Position numbers and translations under genes: made by a program. The notes beneath the pieces were generated by a model that did no database searches, was not told where the DNA came from, and was given only the letters and a program-made list of their open reading frames with translations. From Zootoca vivipara (Eukaryota): a stretch of 64,000 nucleotides of DNA. Location of the stretch: NCBI RefSeq assembly GCF_963506605.1, contig NC_083279.1, forward strand, positions 69,564,001 through 69,628,000, in the 5' to 3' direction. Positions 35,267 through 46,100 of this stretch are shown in pieces (positions within the stretch are counted from its first letter, which is position 1; each line of letters begins with the position of its first letter).

Positions 35267-38200
35267 GTTGTTGTTGTTTAGTCGTTTAGTCGTGTCCGAC
35301 TCTTCGTGACCCCATGGACCATAGCACGCCAGGCACTCCTGTCTTTCACTGCCTCCCGCAGTTTGGTCAAACTCATGTTCGTAGCTTCGAGAACACTGTC
35401 CAACCATCTCGTCCTCTGTCGTCCCCTTCTCCTAGTGCCCTCCATCTTTCCCAACATCAGGGTCTTTTCCAAGGATTCTTCTCTTCTCATGAGGTGGCCA
35501 AAGTATTGGAGCCTCAGCTTCACGATCTGTCCTTCCAGGGAGCACTCAGGGCTGATTTCCTTAAGAATGGATAGGTTTGATCTTCTAGCAGTCCATGGGA
35601 CTCTCAAGAGTCTCCTCCAGCACCATAATTCAAAAGCATCAATTCTTCGACGATCAGCCTTCTTTATGGTCCAGCTCTCACTTCCATACATCACTACTGG
35701 GAAAACCATAGCTTTAACTATACGGACCTTTGTCGGCAAAGTGATGTCTCTGCTTTTTAAGATGCTGTCTAGGTTTGTCATTGCTTTTCTCCCAAGAAGC
35801 AGGCGTCTTTTAATTTCGTGACTGCTGTCACCATCTGCAGTGATCAAGGAGCCCAAGAAAGTAAAATCTCTCACTGCCTCCATTTCTTCCCCTTCTATTT
35901 GCCAGGAGGTGATGGGACCAGTGGCCATGATCTTGGTTTTTTTGATGTTGAGCTTCAGACCATATTTTGCGCTCTCCTCTTTCACCCTCATTAAAAGGTT
36001 CTTTAATTCCTCCTCGCTTTCTGCCATCAAGGTTGTGTCATCTGCATATCTGAGGTTGTTGATATTTCTTCCGGCAATCTTAATTCCGGCTTGGGATTCA
36101 TCTAGTCCAGCCTTTCGCATGATGAATTCTGCATATAAGTTAAATAAGCAGGGAGACAATATACAACCTTGTCGTACTCCTTTCCCAATTTTGAACCAAT
36201 CAGTTGTTCCATATCCAGTTCTAACTGTAGCTTCTTGTCCCACATAGAGATTTCTCAGGAGACAGATGAGGTGATCAGGCACTCCCATTTCTTTAAGAAC
36301 TTGCCATAGTTTGCTGTGGTCGACACAGTCAAAGGCTTTTGCATAGTCAATGAAGCAGAAGTAGACGTTTTTCTGGAACTCTCTAGCTTTCTCCATAATC
36401 CAGCGCATGTTTGCTATTTGGTCTCTGGTTCCTCTGCCCTTTCGAAATCCAGCTTGCACTTCTGGGAGTTCTCGGTCCACATACTGCCTAAGCCTGCCTT
36501 GTAGAATTTTAAGCATAACCTTGCTAGCGTGTGAAATGAGCGCAATTGTGCGGTAGTTGGAGCATTCTTTGGCACTGCCCTTCTTTGGAATTGGGATGTA
36601 GACTGATCTTCTCCAATCCTCTGGCCATTGCTGAGTTTTCCAAACTTGCTGGCATATTGGGTGTAGCACCTTAACAGCATCATCTTTTAAAATTTTAAAT
36701 AGTTCAGCTGGAATATCATCACTTCCACTGGCCTTGTTATTAGCAGTGCTTTCTAAGGCCCATTTGACTTCACTCTCCAAGATGTCTGGCTCAAGGTCAG
36801 CAACCACACTACCTGGGGTGTACGAGACCTCCATATCTTTCTGGTATAATTCCTCTGTGTATTCCTGCCACCTCTTCTTGATGTCTTCTGCTTCTGTTAG
36901 GTCCTTACCACTTTTGTCCTTGATTATGGTAATCTTTGTACGAAATGTTCCTTTCATATCTCCAATTTTCTTGAACAGATCTCTGGTTTTCCCCATTCTA
37001 TTGTTTTCCTCTATTTCTTTGCATTGCTCATTTAAGAAGACCCTCTTGTCTCTCCTTGCTGTTTTTTGGAAATCTGCATTCAGTTTCCTGTATCTTTCCC
37101 TATCTCCCTTGCATTTTGCTTGCCTCCTCTCCTCCGCTATTTGTAAGGCCTCGTTGGATAGCCATTTTGCTTTCTTGCATTTCCTTTTCCTTGGGATGGT
37201 TTTCGTTGCTGCCTCCTGTATAATGTTACGAGCCTCCATCCATAGTTCTTCAGGCACTCTGTCCACCAAATCTAAATCCTTAAACCTGTTCCTCACTTCC
37301 ACTGTGTATTCATAAGGGATTTGATTCAGATTGTATCTTACTGGCCCAGTGCTTTTTCCTACTTTCTTCAGTTTAAGCTGGAATTTTGCTATAAGAAGCT
37401 GATGATCTGAGTTACAGTCAGCTCCAGGTCTTGTTTTTGCTGACTGTATAGAGCTTCTCCATCTTTGGCTGCAGAGAATATAATCAATCTGATTTCGATG
37501 CTGCCCATTTGGTGATATCCATGTGTAGAGTCGTCTCTTGTGTTGTTGGAAGAGAGTGTTTGTGATGACCAGCTTGTTCTCTTGACAGAACTCTATTAGC
37601 CTTTGCCCTGCTTCATTTTGAACTCCAAGGCCAAACTTGCCAGTTGTTCCTTTTATCTCTTGATTCCCTACTTTAGCATTCCAATCCCCTGTAATGAGAA
37701 GAACATCCTTCTTTGGTGTCATTTCTAGAAGTTGTTGTAGGTCTTCATAGAATTGGTCAATTTCACTTTCTTCAGCACCGGTAGTTGGTGCATAAACTTG
37801 GATTACTGTGATGTTAAAAGGTCTGCCTTGGATTCGTATCGAGATCATTCTGTCATTTTTGAGATTGCATCCCATTACAGCTTTTGCCACTCTTTTGTTG
37901 ACTATGAGGGCCACTCCATTTCTGCTACAGGATTCTTGCCCACAGTAGTAGATATGATAGTCACCCGAACTGAATTCGCCCATTCCCTTCCATTTTAGTT
38001 CACTGATGCCCAGGATGTCGATATTTATTCTTGTCATCTCATTTTTGACCACATCCAGCTTACCTCCACTCATGGTTCTTACATTCCAGGTTCCTATGCA
38101 ATATTTTTCTTTACAGCATCGGACTTTCCTTTCGCTTCCAGGCATATCCGCAACTGAGCATCCTTTCGGCTTTGGCCCAGCCGCTTCATCAGCTCTGAAT

Positions 38201-38490
38201 CTACTTGTACTTGTCCTCCGCTCTTCCTCAGTAGCATGTTGGACGCCTTCCGACCTGAGGGGCTCATCTTCCAGCGTCATAACTTTTATATGCCTGTTGT
38301 CTTTGTCCATGGAGTTTTCTTGGCAGGGATACTGGAGTGGCTTGCCAGTTCCTTCTCCAGGTGGATCACGTTTAGTCAAAACTCTCCACTATGACCTGTC
38401 CATCTTGGGTGGCCCTGCATGGCATAGCTCATAGCTTCTCCGAGTTATTCAAGCCCCTTCGCCACGACAAGGCATTGATCCATGAAGGGG
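35267..38490 (-). mobile_element. Full-length BovB (RTE clade) LINE, 3224 bp, with 12-bp TSD AGTATATAAATT (35255-35266 / 38491-38502)
   Basis: (CAA)n 3' tail, BovB-type 5' end (catggatcaatgccttgtcgtggcgaagggg), perfect flanking direct repeat and a single long ORF. Confidence 0.95.
35278..38310 (-). CDS. BovB ORF: APE endonuclease plus reverse transcriptase (1010 aa from the first ATG at 38310; the ORF track starts at an upstream TTG)
   Basis: APE motifs GTWNVRTM, ILGISE, QVYAP, GDWNAKVG, QIDYIL, SDH. RT motifs FIDYAKAFD, GVRQGCILSP, LRYADD. No stops or frameshifts. Confidence 0.95.
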   Translation of the reverse strand: MDKDNRHIKVMTLEDEPLRSEGVQHATEEERRTSTSRFRADEAAGPKPKGCSVADMPGSERKVRCCKEKYCIGTWNVRTMSGGKLDVVKNEMTRINIDILGISELKWKGMGEFSSGDYHIYYCGQESCSRNGVALIVNKRVAKAVMGCNLKNDRMISIRIQGRPFNITVIQVYAPTTGAEESEIDQFYEDLQQLLEMTPKKDVLLITGDWNAKVGNQEIKGTTGKFGLGVQNEAGQRLIEFCQENKLVITNTLFQQHKRRLYTWISPNGQHRNQIDYILCSQRWRSSIQSAKTRPGADCNSDHQLLIAKFQLKLKKVGKSTGPVRYNLNQIPYEYTVEVRNRFKDLDLVDRVPEELWMEARNIIQEAATKTIPRKRKCKKAKWLSNEALQIAEERRQAKCKGDRERYRKLNADFQKTARRDKRVFLNEQCKEIEENNRMGKTRDLFKKIGDMKGTFRTKITIIKDKSGKDLTEAEDIKKRWQEYTEELYQKDMEVSYTPGSVVADLEPDILESEVKWALESTANNKASGSDDIPAELFKILKDDAVKVLHPICQQVWKTQQWPEDWRRSVYIPIPKKGSAKECSNYRTIALISHASKVMLKILQGRLRQYVDRELPEVQAGFRKGRGTRDQIANMRWIMEKAREFQKNVYFCFIDYAKAFDCVDHSKLWQVLKEMGVPDHLICLLRNLYVGQEATVRTGYGTTDWFKIGKGVRQGCILSPCLFNLYAEFIMRKAGLDESQAGIKIAGRNINNLRYADDTTLMAESEEELKNLLMRVKEESAKYGLKLNIKKTKIMATGPITSWQIEGEEMEAVRDFTFLGSLITADGDSSHEIKRRLLLGRKAMTNLDSILKSRDITLPTKVRIVKAMVFPVVMYGSESWTIKKADRRRIDAFELWCWRRLLRVPWTARRSNLSILKEISPECSLEGQIVKLRLQYFGHLMRREESLEKTLMLGKMEGTRRRGRQRTRWLDSVLEATNMSLTKLREAVKDRSAWRAMVHGVTKSRTRLND

Positions 38491-39595
38491 AGTATATAAA
38501 TTATCAACAAAAAAAAAACCTCACAAGGTGCACAGGTGTTAGGAGAAAAAAATTGCTCCTTTTCCCTTATGTAGGTTCTCTATCAGTAGGAGAAAATACC
38601 AGAGACCAACCAGAGAATATTGAGAAGCAAAACACCTAGTAAGCCTGATCTTTATTAAAGCTGTTCCAACAGGGTGCTCCCCCCACCCACACACAGGAGG
38701 GGGGGGGAGGGACCCAGAACAAAGGTGTGGTCACCCTTATACTGTATACTCTTTAAATTGCCCACCCTAAAACTCCAGACCACCCCCAGAAACATCATAC
38801 AAGGGGTGTATCCCAGGACCACCTCCCCCAATGCATCATACATACTGTTAGGATCTCTTACTCACAAGTAGGACCCTGGCAGAGACACATGCCTGACTGG
38901 CATGTTCCCTCCCTCCTGGTCGATCGGGAGCTTCAAAAGCTTTCTCCAGCCCAAACATCACAGCGACTGATGCCAACTGACATCAGCACGGATCCGCAGA
39001 GTTTACGCAATTGCATAACAGACCACAGCAATTCAGCATTTGGCTAATCTATTTTATTTACATATAAACACACGGAGCACTGCAACATGGCTCCCTCTCT
39101 CTGGCATCAGGCAGCAAATAGAAAGAACAAAGGACAACAGTCCCACTTCAGGAAACACAGTAACACAAACATCCTGTCTTCGTCATTTCCCACTATGGAA
39201 TGAAAATATATACTGTCATGTGATAGACAACAATCCCATGAATGCAAACACGGGGAATGAATCTTCAACACATACATCACAGGGGGCGGTCTAAAACAGA
39301 ATCCTGAGTGTGTTGTTAATCTCCTGTCTGGCAGGTTACCTGATTGCATTATCTGGGTTTTGGCCACTCGTTGTTGTTGTTTAGTCGTCCGACTCTTTAT
39401 GATCCAGGTCACAGGTTACAGGCTCACCCTATTCACACCTTAAGCGAGGATTTGTGAGCACAGAGACAATGGGGAGGATTTTTCCCATTTCCTTCAACCA
39501 TTTTGGAAAAGAGAAAATGGTTTCAGGACTTTTCTGTGGATTTCAGACGTGGTTTACATATTTGTATGTGTTTGTTTGGTACATTTATGAACTTC

Positions 39596-39596
<1 letters not shown>

Positions 39597-39647
<51 letters not shown>
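39597..39647. repeat. (TA)n microsatellite abutting the Sauria SINE tail
   Basis: About 25 TA units. Confidence 0.95.
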
Positions 39648-39651
<4 letters not shown>

Positions 39652-39917
39652 GTAAAGGGACCCCTGACCATTAGGTCCAGTCGTGACCGACTCTGGGGTT
39701 GCGCGCTCATCTCGCATTATTGGCCGAGGGAGCCGGCATATAGCTTCCAGGTCATGTGGCCAGCATGACAAAGCCGCTTCTGGCAAACCAGAGCAGCACA
39801 TGGAAACGCCGTTTACCTTCCCGCTGTAGCGGTTCCTATTTATCTACTTGCACTTTGATGTGCTTTCGAACTGCTAGGTTGGCAGGAGCTGGGACCAAGC
39901 AACGGGAGCTCACCCCG
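39648..39917 (-). mobile_element. Sauria SINE, 5'-truncated
   Basis: aaaggtaaagggacccctgaccattagg...; near-identical to 27578..27815; tatataa on both flanks. Confidence 0.9.
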
Positions 39918-40279
39918 TATATAAGACCTTAAAATTATTATAACAGTAATTGCCTGATTCAGGCCAAGCTGTTTCTGGAGACAGAAGTGAATATTTTATT
40001 ACTGGGATTGAGCAGAACTGTGTCCGCACCTCCAAGAAGAAAGAAAGTGTAAGCAAGGTCATATGAACAATACTGTAGTTTAAATGGGTGAGAGTGTATC
40101 TTTAGGAAGAGAAAATGAAAGGGAAACGATAGCAGTTAGAGCAGACTATGCTTAATTGGCACAAGAAGGCAAGCGAAAGGAAAAAGTGGCTGGAACCCAG
40201 CCCAGTAGGACCGCACACTCCTTGCAGGGCGTCACTTCATGTCTCATATTCCTTTTTTTTTCCAAGGAGCAAACCAGTA

Positions 40280-41130
40280 ACCTCCTTCTCCCTGCGCAAC
40301 ACCCGCTACGTGAAAAGGCAGGCAAGCGCGCTGCAAAGCTCACTCAAGAGTGGCTTAGTATTTTTCTTCCTTTAAATGACCAACGCAACCACCCCACAAG
40401 CTAACTTTTTAAAAGCTTTGTTTTCCTGTTGCAGTTTCGAAGCAAGACCATGAAGCGATGGCGGGGTGGGGGCGTGGATGCATGCGAGGGGAGAGCCTCC
40501 TCAGCCAGCCCCGGAGAGGCAAAGCGGGGCGGATAGAGGCCCGAAAGCCGAGGAGGCTGAAGCGCAACGCCCGGCACGTGGCCGCCTGGCTCGGCTTCCC
40601 CACCAAAGAGAAAGCGGCGGGGCGGCGCCTGTTCCGGAAGTGCGCAGGGCAGGCCAAGCGGCTCCCGGCGCCACTCCGGATCAACAAAGCCGAGTGCGCT
40701 CGGAGGGGTGGCGTGGCTTTTCCGTGGCCAGGTGAGAGGAGAGAGTTGGGTCGGGGAAGGGGGCGGACCTACCCCGGGTTTGTTTTCTTTTCCCCGGAAC
40801 ACGCCCAGATCCGCTTCCTTTTTGAAGGATGCTGGTCTTGCGGTCGTCATTGCATTTTAAATCCTGCCAGGCACCATTAATAATGTGATGTTTGTCCCAT
40901 CAGAGGCGAGCGAGTGGGATCGGGTGGGGCTCATCTGTGTTTTTTGATGTGGGTTGACGGCGTGTCCCTTTGGCCAGTGGGTCTTGCTTACTCCCATGTC
41001 AACGCGTTTAGGATTGCAGTCTCAGTCCCTGTGCATGCTTGCTCGGAAGCAAGCCGTGCTGTTTTCGGTTGGCGTCCACGTCGGTTAAACGTATACAGGG
41101 GGTAGTAAATCGTTTGTTGTATCGCGAAGA
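40280..41130. promoter_or_regulatory. CpG island, probable SENP7 promoter/exon 1 (donor cag|gtgaga after 40731); possibly shared divergently with FAM172B
   Basis: CpG-rich. Palindromic ETS TTCCGGAAGTG 40632-40642 followed by an NRF1-like TGCGCAGGGCA. GC boxes GGGGCGG near 40547 and 40759. Confidence 0.75.
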
Positions 41131-41167
41131 GTCGGACACGACTAAACGACTCAGCAGCAGCAACAAC
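41122..41167 (+). mobile_element. Very short BovB 3' tail
   Basis: cgaagagtcggacacgactaaacgac followed by cagcagcagcaacaac. Confidence 0.7.
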
Positions 41168-43147
41168 GAAGCCCTTGCTCACCTGTCTTGCAGAAAGGAG
41201 TCCTTGTTGCTGCAGCAGCGAAAACAACCGAGAGCCTTTCATTGGCCTTGGAAATTAACGGATCTTTAAGCAATCAGCATTTGGGAGCTCGGGCCATTTC
41301 ATCAGATGCATGGTGTGTTATCCCCTGTTCACCCAGTCATTGATAATAATAGGAATAGATAAAATACTATAAACATTGAGGCAATGCAAAAGATGTACAG
41401 GTGTTTCTTTGCAAGGTTCAAGTTCACAAAAAGACAATGATTTAGATGAAGCTTTTCTTATTACTTCATCTCCAGACCCAGAAAAGGTTTGACTATGGCA
41501 TTTTGGCACGTCAAGCAGCTAGCTGTTAATTACAAAAGTCTTGCCAAAAGAAAGGTGAGAATTGTGTTGTCAGGTGATTTTTAGAGAACAACTTTTTTAC
41601 AGTGACAAGCAGCTTTTGGTTTGTGTTCCCCCCCAATTGTTCATTGATATTGTGTTGTGTTCTTGTTGCTGTCATGGTGGGTTAAATATCTCTACTTCAC
41701 ACACACGTATGAGTTATAGGGGGAGGTGTATCATTTTTACTATCCCAATTAGAAATGCAACACTAATAGTTAACTAGCATTAACTATCCCAGGCCCGGTG
41801 TGTGGGTGTTTGTGTGTCAAACGTGGCTCCTTCCAGGCATCACTCTGAACTGGCCTTCAGAACACTTCCTAGGCTGCATGCCAGCTGGTTCTGCTTTGCA
41901 CAGTGCATATTTTTGCTTGGTTGGGATGTGTCCTTGAACTCTGATAATGCCTCTTGCTTAACTGGATGAAGGGCAGGGAGAGATGTATGTGCGTGTGTGT
42001 AGGAACTCGCTTCCTTTACAGACATAACATTTACACTTGTTGCTCTGTCTGGTCAGCCCACCGCTGGCCTCACTGAAGGTTTCCCAGGAGGGAATGTGGC
42101 TCTCACGCTTAAAAAAGGTCCCCCAACCCTGCTGTAGATGATGTCTCACATTACCACTTACCCAGCACCTCTTGCCAAACCAAGCCTTGTGGACTACTTC
42201 ATGTCAACCCACAAGGAGATATGCTAACATTACTAGTGATTCACTGAGTGTGCACCAATTATAAAGAGGAGCACAACTCAAGATCCAGACAGAACACAGT
42301 ACCTATTTCATCTGGGCTATTGTTTAGGGAAGCTTTTAATGTTTAATAAATTATTGTATTTTAATATTTCTGTTGGAGGCCACCCAGAGTGGCTGGGGAG
42401 GCCCAGCCAGATGGGTGGGGTATAAATAATAAATTATTATTATTATTATTGACATTGTAGTCAAATCTGCCAAAAGCCACACAGAAATTTAGACCCTTTT
42501 ACACATAATGCTCAGTATAGCTAGTGCAGAAAGGGGTGTGGAATAGAGGGGGAAAGGAAGGAACATGCCTGGAGGAGGAGGAAGAGGGAGGGATATGCCA
42601 GTCCATGGGGCATTTTTGGTTTCCTCTCTATTGCACCATTACATTTGCACAAGGCATGTGTCAGAATTGTTTTAATAGTCTAAATCCGTGATGCAGAAGA
42701 TGCCGTACCAATTCAACCTTTTTCTTTCAAAGTAGCGCTTAGCATAGAAAAGGCTCCCTCTACTTGTTCCTTTATAGATGCTTCTGGATTGGTGGATGTT
42801 CTGTTTCCCAATCACCTTGGAACTTGCCAAACAAAACAGCACAGAGCAGCTTTTAATCAGTTAATGTCCTTGGAATAGCAGAAATGAAAATAATGGGCAT
42901 GTAGTTAATGCCTCCTCGTTGTGATTTGACGTCCTTGTGATCAGCAGTTGCCTTGGAGCTATGTGCAGATTTTGGAGAGAGCGATCACCAGTGAAGCATT
43001 TTTATTCACCCGGGATGTGCTTACCTTTAACATCTGGGAAATATGCATTGCCTCCTGATGATACTTTAATTAGCTACTTTTGGAAATGCTCATTATAACA
43101 TGATTCACAATACTTCTACTTTCTGTCTGCCTTATACAGCAGCAACT

Positions 43148-46100
43148 ATGGAGGGACATGGAAAAAATTCATCATCAAGTCTGCCTAAAGTAAGTTGTCC
43201 TTGATCTACGTCCATTATTTTGGGAGTGTAGCTCATAATATTTGGTAGCTTTGCTAAAATGTTACCATTTGGATGGATTGGAATAACATTTACATGTAAA
43301 TAAACAAATGTATGCCACCTTCTTAGAAATGAAAAATACATGAGCATAGCTACTATGATCATATGATTGACCTATTTGGCAAATTAAAACTCTTATGTCT
43401 AATGAATATTGCTTTTATTTACGTAACGTTTATAAATGTTTGTACTATTACTGCATTATACATGGGGCTGCAACTGAAGACAGTTTGGAAACTTCAGCTA
43501 GTGCATAATTTGGTGGTCAGCTTTGTCACCTGGACAAGACGGTGTGGACATATTGCACTGATCCTGGTCCAACTGCACTGATTACCAGTTAGTTTCCTGG
43601 CCCAATTCACAGTGTTAGTTTAGACTTATAAAGCCTTAAATAGCTCTTGTATGAACCAGCCCGGACCTTGTGATCATCATCTTGTGTCTCCTCCATGAGG
43701 AGGGTGGCAGTACAAGAGTGGGCCTTTTCTGCTGTGGCTCCCCGTTTGTGGAATGCTAGCCTGGTGCCTTCTCTACCCATCTAGGCACCAGGTGAATATG
43801 TTTCTATGACTAGGCCTGATTAGCATTCTATGTTGTGCTAAATGTGTTTGTGGGGGAGGGGTTATTGGTTTTTGTTGTACTGTATTATGTATTTTGTATT
43901 CTCATTTTAAATTTTTATGTCGTGAACCGTCCTGTGATCTTTGGATGACGGGTGGTATACAAATGTTGTTGTTGAATGCTGCTGAGCATACTGTCTTTAA
44001 CAGTATTCAAAATAAAAGCAAACTAAAACCAGAACAGTCTGCAGAGTTCAAAGATAAGTAGCCTTACTTGTTCCCATCTTCAGTGGAAGTCTCACAATTT
44101 CAGTGCCCAGAGTTCCAAATGTGAATATCATAATTTACTAGTTTCTGTACACCTTAACTCCCCCCCCCTGAACATTAGTGTGTGGAGTTCAATGTTGTTT
44201 TGTTGTTTTCTTTTCCTATTCTTTTGGTGCAAAAAATGCAAATGCAATGTTTCATTCCAGTATCGAATACCAAAGAAGAAATCCTCACAGTCAGATGATG
44301 TCCATGTTCAGTCCCCACTGTCAAGACTTTCCCCCCCGTGGGATCGCACATTGCAAGAGGTAAACAGACGTTTCTTGTTTTCTGCACTGCTTGGGAAGAG
44401 CTATTTTAGGGCAAGCATTATTCATGTTTTGAAAATTAAATATTCTATAATTACTTAAAGATCTAGTTTTGTACTTCATGCCTGTGAATGATAAATAACA
44501 CATTGAGCTGACACTTTATGAAAAACGAAGAAGGAAGAAACTACTTAACACCTTTCATTTGCTCATTTTGACTGCAGTTTTATGTGCAATAAAAGCAAGA
44601 TACGGAGGAGGAGTCTCTCGTAAGAAGCACTTGTGTCCTCCCCTCCCCTTGTGCTTGTTGCAAGGACACTGCATCTCAGCAAGCCATTTAAATGCGCAGG
44701 TCTGAAGCAGACAGATAGACAGATATCTCACACACACCCCTTTCTCTCTCACTCAGACACAGACAAAAAGGCAGCAAGTGCCCAGGGAGAAAGAGAGCGT
44801 CTCTGTGCTATGTACTGAAAGGGGGCTTCCTTTCTCAGTGTACACCACAGAAAGGCAGTAAACTGCCCTTGTGAAAGAAAGCAAACCCTTTATTCACGGG
44901 CAACTTGATAGCAGGCCTCAGTCATGCTTCCTCTTCCCTGCTGCTGAGCTGTTACCTACTTGTGGTGGTGGCAAATTGTACAGGGGAAACCTCCCCGCCC
45001 TGCAATCTTGTCCTCCCTCTGTGCCATGCTCAGCTGATCAGAGGGAACCAGCAGGACAAAGGGGGCCTGAGAGAGGGGGTGGCATGGGGAGAGGCCTGCT
45101 GGCGGCATCCAGCCCATGGGCTGGAGGATGCCTTGGCTCGTCCAGCAGCCTGCTCCTCCTCACATACATGACTTTGCTTCTGCTGGGATCATCTGTGTAC
45201 TGAAGGCTTGACTAAGGAACCTACTGCTATAAGGAGAGGTGGGAGAGAGCTCCACTTAGAGCAGAGGTGGGGAACCGATGGTCTTCCAGAGTTACAGGGC
45301 TCCCATCAACCCTACAGAGTATGACCAGAGTATGACCAGAGAGCTCCACTTAGAGCAGAGGTGGGGAACCGATGGTCTTCCAGAGTTACAGGGCTCCCAT
45401 CAACCCTACGGAGTATGACCAGTGGTCAGAGGTGATGGAAGTTAACAATCCAGCAATATCTGGAGGGTCATAGTTTTCCAATCCTTTATTGAGAAGGGCA
45501 GGTTTGCCAAGCCTCCACATGTTTTTGCTCAGTGGTGGTACGCTAAGCACAGAGACCTGGTGGGAGAAGGGAGGCTATCCTTAATAGAGATCATTCTGCG
45601 CCCTGCACTATGCATGCAAGGTCTGAGATCACAGCCTTGGGCTACACGTGCAGATTGCTAGTTTTCAGGGATGCGATATGCCAAATCGTGCATAATTGGA
45701 ACCCATTGGAAAAGCCTGCAAATACCCTGCTCCACCCCTGCCTCAATTCCATACTTTCAGAGATGTTTCAGTGACGTCTTTGTTATGTTTCTGTGTCACT
45801 TCCTGGTTTGGAGCGATTTGTGTTTACATGGTTGCACACATATTGAAAGTGTGTAGGCGGGGGGGGGGGTGCTGCCTGCATTTCCATAATTTCCATAGAT
45901 TTGTGGGACATGGAGCAGATTGAATTCCTTGTTATAATAGCGGGATAAGAGAGTTAGGAGTTCCATCCACTGGGAAACTGGGTTCATTTGCTTTGGGTCA
46001 AGTCTAAGGAGTGAGAAGGACCACAGACTCAAGACTGTAGCTGAAAAAAAATGACAAAATAAAAAAAAAATCCTTCCAGTTGCACCTTAGAGACCAACTA

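Noticed and set aside
35306-38434. Several 130-190 aa plus-strand ORFs
   Set aside because: Antisense shadows of the BovB ORF.
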